Source of the DNA: Podarcis pityusensis
Lineage: Eukaryota
Reading direction: 5' to 3' (one strand)
Length of the DNA: 64,000 bases
Assembly (NCBI GenBank): GCA_964106645.2
Contig: OZ067041.1
Part shown: positions 26,531 through 40,050 of the stretch, piece by piece
Layout of the letters: each line of letters starts with the position of its first letter
Position numbering within the stretch: position 1 is the stretch's first letter
Made by a program: the position numbers and the translations under genes
The notes under the pieces: generated by a model
The model's input: only the letters and a program-made list of their open reading frames with translations
Database searches by the model: none
What the model was told of the DNA's origin: nothing

Positions 26531-28524
26531 ATTGCTTAGGTAACTCTAATCCACATAATTCTCACAGCAAACATGGTGGAAATTGAGACCCATCTCCAAT
26601 CTATGTAGAATAGCAGGGTAGTGCTCCTTTCAGTATAGAGACTTTGCTAATTATGAGACACATTGCTAATGGGTAGTGTGGAAAATAATTCTTCCACTGT
26701 CTGTACCCTGTGCTAATCCTCCAAATTGCTGCAATCAATTGACTGGTGCAAGAAAAAAAACCATTGTGCTGCTGAAATATTATGCAACAATCCCACAAGC
26801 TCATCAGTGAGGGAAGGAACGGCCTGGGTCTATCCATCCCCCCTCCCTTTCAACTGACAATTAAACCCACAAATGAGAGAAATGGTTATGTGCTGAAAGT
26901 AGGCTTTACTGACAAAAGAAAAGTACAGGTAACATTCCTCGGGTCCCCCTTCATATCTGATGTATAGACGGCTATGACAGCATGGGGACAGCTGCTGAGA
27001 CTTTACCAGGCCAGGAAGCTTTTGACATTCTTGGACAACATGGCCCAATGCGTACCATCTCAGTTCCCTCTGGACTGGGGCAACTGCATTGTTATGACTC
27101 CATGGATACCATGGAGTCTTCTACTTCCTGATTAGAAGATTATTCTCTTCCTTGGAGAATAAGAGTCTTCCATTACAAGCAGCTATTTCCACAAGAATTT
27201 CCTTTTAACATTAGTAGCTCTAGTCTGGCAGCTCCATCAATTTAGATGACCAATGCATTACTCCAGTATAGTTTCAGTTACTCCTAAGTGTTCAAAGTAC
27301 ACCAAGCTCTCTAGTTTAAAAGGCTTTGGCTTCTTAAAACTGAGGGTCTTGGGAGCAAGCCAAGCAGGAACAAGGTGGGAAGATTTTATGAATGCTCATC
27401 TTTGGCCAAGAGTATAGAGAAACTCAATATAGGAGCCAAGTTGCCTGTGCCAATCTGTATGCATTATGTAACCCTCAAGGACCCCAAAGATCAGATTTAA
27501 CTGCAAGGGGCTTCTCCTCACTTGCTAGAGTCCCCTCCCCCCACATAAATTCTAGGGATTTGTTCTGATTTGCAGTATGTGTGAATTATATTCATGCATT
27601 TAGCTCTATGGATGAAAAGGAGAATAACAGCAGAAGAATAAGAGTGATTCCTTTCTTCTAGCTGTCTCAGAGGATGCTCTGCTTCATGCAAGTGAGCTGC
27701 AGCAAATCAGGTGGTAAATCAGAAGCTTGAGTGCTCTTAACCTTTGAAGAGTTGGTCAGCCAATCTAGAATTTGATTGACAGTCCAGCCTGAGGCTGCAA
27801 CCAGGCCCTTAAAATTAGAATTTCAACTGGATCTTTCATAGTTTAGCAGCAAGACAGGTCACCTTGAGATATCCTGTTGTCTTCTCTCTGCAGATATGAG
27901 GAAATGATTGTCAGCTCACTGAATTGTCCATTGAAAGTGATCTGCTTCTCAGCCCAGTGACTCTTTTAGTCTTCTTCTATTAGCTGCTCCATGATTTCAG
28001 ACAGCAATCTGGATAAAAACCTCAGCCCCATGTATAAACTTCCAACAGCACCCTCCTTTCTCTTTAGCGCTGGTATAGTTATGGGGAGGTCTAGTCTTTC
28101 CTCATGCAGATCACTCTCTAAGAAGCTGAGCCACACTCTGTATCCCAAATAAAGTTTTCTAAAGCAGAGAGTAATCTTAACTCTGAAACAGACCATTCAC
28201 TAATCGCTAACCCAATTCCTATGGTACTTCTGTATTCCCTCCCCCTTCTTCTTACACTGTTTCTTCCCCTCAAATGCTTATATCATGGTACAAACTTACA
28301 ACACAGAACAAACACAATGTAAGTTGGATTAATCATAACAGAAAATGCTTAAAATAAAACTGTTGGTGTCATTAAGTCTCCTGAGGATCAGAAAAATACA
28401 GAAATGTTCTCTGACATTTATTGCCAAATTCCAGTCATAGGCTAAAAGAAGAAATTTGTCCAAAGCTTTTAACTATGGTGGAATTTGCATACATATAAAA
28501 AAGTTCTGAAAATGCTTTTTTACA

Positions 28525-30479
28525 GATAAAAGAGGCCATAAAGGGATTGAAAAGAGGGAAAGCCACAGGACCAGATGGATTTACAGCAGGCTACTATAAA
28601 GAAATGAGAGAAGCTTTAATGCTACCTCTGAAAGAAGTTATGAACAATATTTTAAAAGAAAGAGACATCCCAGAGACATGGAAGGAAGCATTCATTACAT
28701 TTATCCCTAAACAGGACTCAGATTTAACACAAGTTAAAAACTACAGGCCTATTTCATTGCTCAATACAGATTATAAAATATTTGCAGGGATTTTAGCGAA
28801 CAGATTGAAAAAAATATTGCAAGAAATCATTCATAAAGATCAAGCAGGTTTCCTTCCAGGCAGGCAGATGAAAGATAATATAAGAAATGTAATTAATATT
28901 TTGGAGTATCTGACTGCTAGGAATGAGAAACAAGCTATATTAATGTTTGTAGATGCAGAAAAGGCCTTTGATAATATTGCTTGGGATTTTATGTTGAAGA
29001 ATTTGGAGTTTATGGACGTGGGGATTGAGTTCTTTAATGGGATAAAGCCAATTTATACAGAGCAGAAAGCAAAGCTAATTGTTAACAATGTGACTACAGA
29101 AGATATAAAAATAACAAAAGGAACTAGACAGGGATGTCCACTTTCACCATTACTATTTATAATGGTCCTAGAGGTTTTCTTAAGATCAATGAGACAAAAT
29201 GAATTAATAAAAGGGGTAACAGTTGGTCAGAATGAATATAAAGTAAAAGCCTTTGCATATGATCTGGTAATTACGATTGAAGAACCATTAGAAAGTGTAA
29301 AAGAAGTCTTGGATGAGATTGAGAAATTTGGAATTGTGGCAGGGTTCAGACTAAATAAGAAGAAAACCAAAATAATTACAAAAAATATGGATCAAAGTAT
29401 GATAGAAATAATGCAACAAAGAACAGAGATAGAGGTGGTGTAAAAGGTAAAATATTTAGGAATTTGGTTAACTCCTAAAAATATTGACTTGTTTCAGAAC
29501 AACTATATACCGGTCTGGAATGGAATAAGGAAAGATCTAGACGTGTGGGGAAGAATTAAATTATCTTTTTGGGGTAGAATTTCTACGATAAAAATGAGTG
29601 TCCTTCCAAAGATGCTATTCTTGATTCAGACTATCCCCATATTAAAGGGGGTAGTAATTTTTAAAGAGTGGCAAAGAGTGCTTTCAAGGTATATCTGGCA
29701 GGGCAAGATGCCGAGAATTAAATTTAAGTTATTAACGGATGCAAAGGAAAGAGGAGGCTTCGGCCTGCCGGACTTGAAACTATACTACGAAGCAGCATGT
29801 CTTTGCTGGTTGAGAGAATGGATAAAATTCGAGAACAAGGAGTTATTAGATTTAGAAGGATTTGATAACAGATTTGGATGGCACACGTATTTATGGTGCG
29901 AAAAGAAGAAAATTCCGGAGCTCATTAATTGAAATATGGGATAGGTATAAAAACCTATTAGAACCAAGAGTTCCACACTGGTTGTCTCCATTAGAGGTTA
30001 TGAGTGTAAAGAAAACAAATATTTGTTTTCTTTACACTCATAACCTCTAATGGAAATGCAAAGAAAAAGAAGGTAGGTTTTATCACATGTGGTGGGAGTG
30101 TAAGAAAGTGAAGGGTTTCTGGGAGATGATTTATAATGAAATGAAAAAGATGTTAAAATATACATTTGTAAAGAAACCAGAGACCTTTCTTTTAGGAATT
30201 ACAGGGAAGGAAATAAGAAGAAAAGACTGTAAACTTTTTCAATATGCAGTTACAGCAGCAAGAATTCTACTGGCCCAGAAATGGAAACAAGAGGAAATAC
30301 CGACGATAGAAGAATGGAGACTGAAGCTGACAGACTATTTAGAACTGGACAGACTAACCGGGAAAATTAGATATCTTCGAGACCAAAAGTTCATCGAGGA
30401 CTGGGGGAAATTTGTTGAATATCTGAAAAGAATATGTGATGTGCAAACAACGCTGGTGGGGTTTCAAGAAGCACTGTAA
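28525..30479 (+). pseudogene. Disrupted L1 ORF2 (reverse transcriptase)
   Basis: ORF pieces 28547-29443, 29489-29932, 29862-30050, 30087-30479. Catalytic FADD reads FAYD, in-frame TAA at 29441-29443, two internal deletions. Confidence 0.9.
29987..30054. repeat. Perfect 68-bp loopless palindrome
   Basis: tccattagaggttatgagtgtaaagaaaacaaat | atttgttttctttacactcataacctctaatgga, 34/34 complementary. Confidence 0.98.
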
Positions 30480-31216
30480 AAGTTGAGATATATTGTTAAA
30501 AAGAAATAGAAGTGGGAGGGAAGTTTAATGGCAATATAATCAGAAGAAATGCGTAATTGAGAGGTAAATATGGATGATTGCTAGAGAAGCCGAAGGAAAT
30601 CCAAAAAGAATTAAATTTGTGGAAATTCCGAAAAAAGAAAAAAAAGAAAATGCTTTTTTACAAAGCGTTTTTAAAAATACATTGAATTTACCATAAGGCT
30701 CACTGTCACCATCTAGTGTCACATTGTATACTGCACTTAAAACACACTTAAAACGTCGTATTTGCAGCTGTATAGCCAAGTCCTATATGTTACTTATAGG
30801 TTAAGTGTTTTGTTTTTGTCACAAAAGCAAGCAAAATTAATTTTTTTAAAATAAAAAAATTCCTAGATGAGAAAGGCAATTCCTTTTTTAAAAAAGACTA
30901 CAATAAATTGCTAGTTTTTCAAAGCTTAAACAAAGCACACAATGTGAATACATACAAAAAAGTTAAATTTGCGTGGTTCTGTTGGAAACATATTGATAGT
31001 TAATACACAGATGCCTAAAATGCTATGAACTAATGGTTCGTGTTTGGGAACAGGCATTTTCTTTTTACTGAGTACAGTAAAAGCTATCATACCAAAAAAG
31101 GTAAATTCCTTTAAAAGTTTCTGTTCTTTAGTATCTTTGGCTTGGTGCAAATGTATTACACACCATGGAATTCAGCTTCTGGGAGCATGCCCCTCCCCCA
31201 CCTCCTTTCTCTGGAG

Positions 31217-31353
31217 CAGGGATGGGAACCTGTGGCCCTCCAGATAATTTTAGACTCCAACTCCCATCAACCCCTGCAAGTATGGCCAACAGTCAGGGAA
31301 GATGGGAGATGTAGTTCTGCAACTTCTGGAAGCTCACAGGCTCTCCAGGTCTG
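31217..31353. mobile_element. Short palindromic hAT MITE (older copy)
   Basis: 8-bp TSD ctctggag / ctctagag. Body related to 49135-49270 and 58448-58583. Confidence 0.75.
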
Positions 31354-32560
31354 CTCTAGAGCAACACTTTCCCATGACTTTTCCATCCTGACATTGAACA
31401 TTATTTTACATTACGCAGGTGCTGATAACTATAGATTAAGGGCAGGGAACATTTTCTAGCTAAAGGGTCACATTACATTATGGGGAACATTTCAGGGGTT
31501 TCATGCCTGTGGGGTATATAGCCAGAGGTATAAATAGCCAGCCGTGACTTTTACTTTTTTATTGTAGGTTTCATTTCAGCCATGCAAGAATCAGAGGTTT
31601 CTATCCACAAATATCTCTCCATTCTCCACCCAAGTAAGCAACATACGTTAATAGGTTAATTCCAGCCTGGCAAAGGTACTCAAGGAGGGTAAAGAGAAGG
31701 GCTGGTGGGAGGTGTGGCTTGGGGAAAGGGGTATGGCTTGGGGGAAAGGGTATGGGCTTGGGCCAGAGGCCCAGAGAAAAAGAATTTGACGGTCTTATTT
31801 GGGGACCTGAAGTTCCCTATTCCTGCCATTGTTAATACCAAACATGTAGACTTAAACCTATGGTTTTAAAGCTGCTGTTGTATCGTTTAAAATATACTCT
31901 GGAATCATTTTATGATGGCACCATGGTTTGCATTAGCTTGCATGCTGAAAGTCTATGCTTCAACAAAGGCAAAAAACCGCATGCCTTTTTTCTCCGGAAT
32001 TCAAATGTTTTTACTCCAGTCTTAGGCAACTGGGGGGGGGGGGGGATGCAACAGCTAGGTCAAAAAGACTTAGTAAGCAGAAAGCCAACCTGCCTGCTAA
32101 TACATTTTTCCAAATCCTTCAGATAAGATCACTTTACCCTACCCTATTAAGATCAACAAGGCTCAAATTTAAATTGGCCAGTTCTAGAACATCTTTCTTA
32201 TGAATCAAATATCTGAAGCAGTCTTTGTCCAGAACACAGAGGTATATTCACAGAAGCATGTTTGGAAAAGTCTAAGTCATAATTTGATTGACTAGGACCT
32301 TTCTTTAAGTTCTGGATCACAGCAAGGACACTGCCTCTGTAATAAGCCAACAAGCCAATTGCTATTCCTTATTGCACAGCTCCACTGGATTTGATGTTCC
32401 CATCACTCAATCTACTTGCAGATTCCTCAAATGAATACACTGTATTTCCTAAAACGACTTGGCTATTAACCCTTAACAATTATGTCCCCTCCCACTCTCT
32501 GCCAAAAAGCTGGAATGGCACAATGCTAATATTTACGTCCCCACCTTTTGCTATTATCTA

Positions 32561-32787
32561 CAGTGGTACCTCAGGTTAAGTACTTAATTCGTTCCAGAGG
32601 TGTGTTCTTAACCTGAAACTGTTCTTAACCTGAAGCACCACTTTAGCTAATGGGGCCTCCTGCTGCTTGCTGCGCTGCCGGAGCACGATTTCTGTTCTCA
32701 TCCTGAAGCAAAGTTCTTAACCCGAGGTACTATTTCTGGGTTAACGGAGTCTGTAACCTGAAGCGTATGTAACCCGAGGTACCACTG
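32561..32787 (-). mobile_element. Tc1/mariner MITE, family A copy 2
   Basis: TA|cagtggtacctc ... gaggtaccactg|TA. Reverse complement of copy 1. Confidence 0.92.
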
Positions 32788-33702
32788 TATTTAAATTCTT
32801 ACAGACATTTTGAAATTATAATGAACTTTAAAAAATAATAATCAATGTCCATTTGTTACCATGCCTTTGAGTAAGCACATTTCAACATCATGGAAAAAGT
32901 CGGGAGGCCAGCATCCATCCATCCAATCAATGATTATTGCTTAGAGCATAATCACTGTGGCCTTTTTTTAAAAAAAACCATATAAGTAGGTCTCAACTCT
33001 CTGCAGGACAGAGGTTTGCCACACAAACAAATGCACCACAGACATTATCAGATGTTATTTGAAAACTATTAACCGTGACATTCCAGGTGATCTTTCTTGT
33101 TTGCTTCACAATAAAAAAAAGCAAGCACTGGCAGATTAATATTTTTTAACACAAAACCTTACATCTGCTCACAACAGATGGCTCAGTTTTCAACTTCTAT
33201 TATGCACATGTTGTGTTTCTGCCATATTTAAGTGTTGCATAAATAAAAGCTCTTTCATGATATTGCAAAGTTACTTTCAAAGTGCATATGCGTGGGCAGG
33301 GGCAATTATAGGAATAGCATACCCATTTCTATTTAACTTTAGAAAAGAGAGGTTTCAATCGCTGCCTGCACAGAATACTAGTCAAGGTTAGTTAGCATTC
33401 AATAAGCCAGGAGTTGCACACCTTGTCCCAATGCACCCTAGCAAGAAATGATTCCCTTGACCACACTGGTGAAGTATCCAAGCCTAAAAGACTTCAGTGA
33501 GTTATCTCTGCCCATCCCACTCCCCACAACTTCACACAGATGTGTGTTTTCAGAAGGGGTGCTGGTTGGCAAGTGACAGTGAATCCCATAACAAGCTAGA
33601 CAAAAATTTGAGAGCTTTGGGGCTTATATTTCTGAACTAGGTACAGTTCACATTCCAACACAGTTCAATCCTGAAATTTTTCAAGTACAGTGGATTTCTA
33701 TA

Positions 33703-34068
33703 CAGTGGTGCCTCGCAAGACGAAATTAATCCGTTCCGCGAGAGTCTTCGTCTAGCGGTTTTTTCGTCTTGCGAAGCAACCCTATTAGCGGCTTAACGGA
33801 TTAGCGCTATTAGCGGTTTAGCGGCTATTAAAGGCTTAAAGGCTTAGCGGATTAGCTGCTAAAAGGCTATTAAAGGCTATTAAAGGCTTAGCGGATTAGA
33901 TAAAGGGGGGGGAAAGCGGGAAAAAAATCTCAAGACTCGCAAGACATTTTCGTCTTGCGAAGCAAGCCCATAGGGAAATTCGTCCTGCGAAGCAACTCAA
34001 AAACGGAAAACCCTTTCGTCTAGCGGGTTTTCCGTCTTGCGAGGCATTCGTCTTGCGGGGCACCACTG
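33703..34068. mobile_element. Tc1/mariner (pogo-like) MITE, family B, with internal short tandem repeats
   Basis: TA|cagtggtgcctcgcaagacgaa ... ttcgtcttgcggggcaccactg|TA. CpG-rich, repeated cgtcttgcga and ttagcgg/aaaggct units. Confidence 0.9.
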
Positions 34069-35249
34069 TACTCTTCCCTTGATTTAAAATACCTACTCTT
34101 GATCACCAGGCAATCTGTAAGGAGTTGATTGTCTGTCAGATATTATGTGGTTTGGCCCAAAAAGTCTTATAGTCTTATAACAGAAACTATTGGGGAAATG
34201 CTGTCAGATTTTGGCTACAGTGATAGATTTAGAACAAGCTATAACTTATCAGACATCACTTCCCCTTTTTGTAGTCTGCAGAGGATCCAATGTTTATCAA
34301 AGATGTTTGCACACTTGCCTGGAGGGTATGGTGTATAGAAGGGGAAAGATGCCTCTTCAAGGATATGTGTGTGAGACAGAGGTGGGGAGTGCAGAACTAC
34401 GAGGGGAAAGGCGATTGTCATAATCTACTTGGCTGTTCTATGCATTTATATGAAGAGCACAGATTATTCTGACATTTGGTTTCTTCTTCTTGTACACAGG
34501 ACAGCCACCCAAAATAATAGTCCCATGTCAATTTTCACCTTCCCATTTCAATAAGGTTTAGTTCATCTTACCCTATCTTTAGTAGTACCCCACATTACTA
34601 TCACGTGTTTCCCTGTCCAGCACCCTTGGCTGTCATTTTCAGATTGAAGGAAATGCACTTCACAAAGACATGAGGACATAGGATGCACTGAACTAGAAAC
34701 ACACCTACTATTTGGGGGGGGGGCAGTCTCGTTTTCTTAACAGCATGCAGTTCTGCCTCAAAAACACCAATCTATGTATGGAGTTATCCTATCTGCTGCT
34801 GATGTTCTGCTAGCAGCCAATCATTCTCAGAGCCCAAGCATTTAACGCCCATACTCTGTAAGTGCAACCATCACCACATATTTGTCACCCTAGGGCTTAT
34901 CACATACTCATGCTGACCGAGAGCTTACTCTTTGAGCTGTTTTGGTACTCGCCAGTACCAAGTTTAAGTTGGGTTCACAAACGGCCAATTGTACATGCCC
35001 ATACAAGCAGATGCTATGACAGCATTAACCTTAAATGCAAGTTGTTGACACACCGCTGCAATAATAGTGGTGGGGGTGGGGGGAGATCCAAAAGAAAACA
35101 ATACGTTGATTTAACACTTAGATGTCTGAAAACAAGTGCAATTAATATATTAGAGATCTCTATAACTCTATAATGCTGAACATCAAAACAAAATTACTTT
35201 TGACTGAATAGCCTTGAAAGACCATAAGGTCACGACCCTTTCATATATA

Positions 35250-35484
35250 AACCTCGGTTTAAGAACAGTCTGGTTTAAGAACAATTTGGTTTACGAACTC
35301 CACAAAACCGGAAATAATATCTTGGTTTGAGAACTTTACCTCGGTTTAAGAATGGAATCCAAATGGTGAAAGGGCACTGGCCACAGAAAGCCTCATTAGG
35401 GAAAGTGCACCTCGGTTTAAGCACGGCTTTGGTTTAAGAACTGACTTCCAGAACTGATTATGTTCATAAACCGATGTACCACTG
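35250..35484. mobile_element. Tc1/mariner MITE, one terminus lost
   Basis: Repeated ggtttaagaac units and right TIR aaaccgatgtaccactg|TA. Confidence 0.7.
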
Positions 35485-36104
35485 TACGTATATACTGCAA
35501 TCCATTTACTTCAACTTGATAATAGCCAACCAAGCTGCTTCTTTTAACTGCAGCACAATAGGCTTTTATTTTAACATACCATAAATATTCATGCACTTCC
35601 TCATTTTCTGAAGTTGTACCTTGTACAATGAATAATACAAGTCATTTTAGTCTAAACGAGGCCCTGCTTGGTCATTTGGTAGCAGGTTAAAAAGCAGCCC
35701 AAGCCAGCATTGAGGATGTATCAGCTACACTGCATCATGAAGGAGGAGGACGTAACATGATTTCTTCCCTCGGGGCTTTCTTCTAACTGAGCCAAGGAAG
35801 GAAGCTGCAACTTGGCAAATAAAATGGCTGCCTAGGAGCCAAGCAAGGAAGTGGACTGAAACATGAAATGCTGCCAAGATTTGTTCAGCTTTCCCAGATA
35901 TGAAAATTAATTGAGTAATGAAAATGAACCACAATGTATTTATTATAAGAATGTTTTAGTTATAAACCTTATAATGGAATTTTAACCCCTTGCACCACAT
36001 TTTATTTTTTTCTCATAAAATGTTTGTTTCACACCTCACCACCTCCATGTATCTCTCAAAACCCTCTTGAGAGGCTGCACACTATTGTGGGACCCAGCAC
36101 CATG

Positions 36105-37277
36105 AAAGTATTGAGCGGATGATCATCAAATTTGCAGACGACACCAAGCTGGGAGGGGTGTCTAATGCTACTGAAAACAGACTTGAGATTCAAGATGACC
36201 TTAGCAGATTAGAGAACTCTGCCAAAACCAACAAAATGAATTTCAATAAAGACAAATGTAACGTTCTATACTTAAGTAGGAAGATAAATCTCTGCACCAA
36301 TGTAAGATGAGGGAGACCTGGCTTGCCAGTAGTAAGTGTGAAAAGGATCTAGGGGGTCTTAGTAGACCACAAGCTTAACATGAGTCAACAGTGTGATGCA
36401 GCAGCAAAAAAGCTAATGCTATTCTAGGCTGCATCAACAGAAGTATAGTGGCCTGATTTAGGGAAGTAATAGACTCATTCTAGTCTGCCTTGGTGAGACC
36501 ACACCTGAAGTACTGTGTCTAGTTCTGGGCACCACAGTTTAAGAAGGATATTGACAAGTTGGGATGTGTTCAGAGGAGGGTGACCAAGATGATCAAGGGT
36601 CTGGAAACCAAGCCTTGTGGGGAAAGATTGAGGGAATTCTTTAGTCTGGTGAAGAGGAGACTGAGAGGAGATATGATAACCATTTTCAAATATCTAAAGG
36701 GCTAATGGCAAATAAATGATTGCAAACTTTATTCATCAGGGCAAGAGACCTAGACTGCAAGTAACTGTATTGAATCAATATTCCCAGAGAGAGGATAAGG
36801 GTATTTTTGGGGGAGGGGGGAACGACACACCATTATGTCATTAGTATGATATACAATGTAATGGAGAAGATTTGGATAAAATTACAATTTTGATTAACCA
36901 GTGCAACACATATTACCAGACACCATCCCATTTTTGATTTATAACAAAACTATCTTAGAAATGATAACAAACCCATTTGCAAAATTTTCAAGAAAAAGAA
37001 TATATCTAAAGGGATGACACAAGCTTGTTTTCTCCAACTCCAGATTCAAGTTGCAAGAAAGGAGATTCCGACTAAACACCAGGAGTAACTTTCTGACATT
37101 AAGAGCTGTTTGACAGTGGAACAGATTCCCATGAGTGGTGATGGACTCTACTTGCTTGGAGGTTTTTAAGCAGAGATTGGATGGCCATTTGTCAGGTATG
37201 ATCTAATTATTGCAGGGATAGTGGACTAGATGATCCATGCGATCCCTTCCAAATCTACAATTCTATAATTTTATGAT
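36105..37277 (+). mobile_element. CR1 LINE 3' part (RT C-terminus to tail), interrupted at 36702-37001
   Basis: ORF 36119-36310 IKFADDTKLGG...IQDDLSRLE...NKMNFNKDKC, downstream CR1 motifs, tail cccttccaaatctacaattctataattttatgat. Confidence 0.93.
36702..37001. mobile_element. 300-bp insertion with 12-bp TSD inside CR1
   Basis: atatctaaaggg at 36690-36701 and 37002-37013. Insert ends A-rich. Confidence 0.7.
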
Positions 37278-39654
37278 CACAAATCAACTTCCACTAAATC
37301 CCTGTCCACAGGCTCTCTTTACTTGTGTGTAAATAAGTGTGTGAGGACCAGTTGGGGTGAAGGTCTGAAGCAGGGAGCCTGCTCTATCCTTGGGAGGTTC
37401 CCTGCATGATTTAACCCCTGGATTGTGCAGGTCACATATTTCCAATTACTCTGTTCTTAACAAAATCACATTCATCACTTAACATGGAAGAATCAGGGGC
37501 ATGAACCCAAAGCAGCGGTAAAATAAAAGGCAAATGTGTCTGATTGACAGACATGAAGTTATGTTTTACAACTGAGTGAAGTCCTTACCACAAAACACAC
37601 TGAACCAATATGTTAGCCAAACGCCTTCGGCAAACAAAACATGTAAAAGGAAAATAATTCCCTACCCATTAATTTTATTTACTAATAAATCACTTAAACA
37701 TTGAAAAATGTTACCAGGGGTTTCCAAGGGCTTATAAATCTATTATGACTCTATTATACAGGCTTGTCATCATATATTTTACCCAGCTATAAGAAATGTT
37801 TTCACCTAAGTGACTAGAAGTCTTGTGAAGTGTTCTAAATCATATCATATTTATCCAACATAGCAATCAAGTTAAGCTTTCAAGTGTCTCATGGCAAATA
37901 TAAAATATTTATCAATCTGAGCAACGAAAATTTGCATGTATTTATACGTCACAGAGCAGCCTATGGGGTGACGTGGAAATGTCACTTACCCCAAGCTCAT
38001 GGAGAGCCATAAGTCAAGCAAACACATTTGTCTATTGCTCGTGAATAAACAAAATGCAAGGCTAATGAGTCAATGGGCATCAGCTACTGTATATAGTAGC
38101 CTACATAAGTAGCCTGATAAGTAAACCTTCGCTGTAATTTCCTTTCCATTACAGTCTAAGTAGACATTAAATTTGCTATTAATGAGGTGACGAGTAGACT
38201 AAGGAAATGATGTGGCTGATTTGAACCAAAGAAGCACTTAAACAACAACATTCTGCTGTAGATCTTCTGCATGATGAAGTCTGTGACCTTCTTGGTTTGG
38301 ATCACAGAATATAATTTGTCAGTTGATGTGCAATGCAGCATTGTATCACGTGCAGAAAGACTTAGGATAGCTATACTTTACCAACTTTCCACTTGACAAG
38401 AGATGGCACCCTTGATTAACAATTCTCCACGCGTTAGGCCTTCAGTAGAAACTTGTTGAAGCAACTTTATGCCTATTACTGGTGCAAATCAAATCAAGCT
38501 ATTTTTCTCTTTTGTGTTCTCAAATGCATATAGGAAATTAATTAGCTGGGAATTCAGATTAGGTATTTTTGGTATCCACACTTCCTAGGAGTGATTTATA
38601 AGTGTCACAATATTTGATTTATTTGACAACCTCAGAAATATACATCCTTTAAATAGATTCAGCAGGAAATTGCATCAAGATTCATGACTCCAACACATTG
38701 AGGCATCGCGTGCAGGAGCTTTATAAATTCTTAAGCAAAAAAACAATTAGAAGAATATTGGATATTCTTCAACAAATTGCCCGTAAGTTTTCTTATTGTT
38801 CTTCTTGGTACTTAGCAGTCAACACTAATTCTGAAGTGGCTGAAAAATTGTTTCCCTATGTCTATGACACAGCAAATGATTGCTGCAGCTTCTGTAGAAA
38901 TTTGTGTGGAACACAACTAGCTTTGGTGAGCCAACTTGGTGAGCCAACTGTGTAGGGCAGAGCTTTGAAAACAGCAGAGATTTCCTGATTTAGCAGCATA
39001 TAGAGGGTCTCCATGGGAGGAATTCAACTGAGTGCCATGGCCATTGCTCCATCAGTACAATTATTTCAGCTTGCCAAACAGAACAATCCATTGTCTCCCT
39101 GTACAGTGTTTTGGGCATTCTCTTAGCCCTTGCCCCGAGTCAACTGGAGGGATATGAAGTTAAATGATGGGCAAGGGGGGAATCCCTGCTGTACTAGTGG
39201 AAGTCCTTGCACATATTTCCATTACTCGGAGTCATTTCTTAAATCTGCCCCTTGTTTCCCAATTGCCCAGGGTCTGGTCTTGTGCCACTGTGGCAGACTA
39301 ACCCAACTTCCCAATAGTTCTTATTGAAATTTTGCTTTTAGACATTCAGCACAGCATGATTTAAAATCAAGAATATAGCTTTTCCACAGTTGTTTTGGAG
39401 TAATATCAGTGCTCTTTAAGAAGGGAAATGGGGGCACAATTTTATTTTATTTTTGTAACTCTGATTATTTCTTCTGCTGAGTATTAAGGGAGGGTCAGTT
39501 CAAATAATAAAGGCATTATAAGGGAGAAACAAGTACAAGAATCACCACATTTTCTGTTCAAGAAAGTACCTAACTTTTAAATATATTACTTAGCAGCATT
39601 ATCATTTTGCCACACATTTCTAGCTTGTGATTTTTGCATTAGAGAGGCAAGATA

Positions 39655-40050
39655 TATTATTATTAATATTTATAAAATTCATATGCTGCCGTTCATCTGA
39701 AGATCACAGGGTGATTTACAACATAAAAACACAACATACATAAACCAACAACAACAACAACACTGCCCCCCCACACACATTTTAAAGGCCATAGGTTGTT
39801 TAATCAGTGAAAGGCATGGGAGAAGAGGAATGATTTCACCTGGCACTTAAATATATGTAATGAAGGCACCAGGCAAGCCACCCCAGGGAGAGCATTCCAC
39901 AAGCAAGTAGCCAATGCAGAAAAGGCCTGCTCTCATGTTGCCATCCTGTGGAAGGGACACACAAAGAAGAGCCTGAGATAGTAATTGCAGAGTCCAGGCT
40001 GGTTCATATGGTAAGAGGTGGTCCTTACATCATTGCAGGCCTGAGCTGTT
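39655..40050 (-). mobile_element. L2-type LINE 3' fragment
   Basis: agggagagcattccacaagcaagtagccaatgcagaaaaggcc (RxFSxxxxxLWNAL on minus strand) plus AT-rich tail. Confidence 0.7.

Larger units (their letters stand above)
28525..30645 (+). mobile_element. L1-clade LINE, 5'-truncated, dead (ORF2 RT plus C-terminus)
   Basis: GPDGF, YRPISLLNTDYK, DAEKAFD, GTRQGCPLSP, HMWWEC motifs. Perfect 17-bp TSD gaaaatgcttttttaca (28508-28524 / 30646-30662). A-rich tail. Confidence 0.96.

Noticed and set aside
27966-28196. Possible L1 ORF2 remnant (EERLDLPIT)
   Set aside because: Similarity too short and weak to support a call.
33783-33900. CRISPR array or interstitial telomere
   Set aside because: Eukaryotic context, no unique spacers, units are not TTAGGG, and it lies within MITE TIRs.
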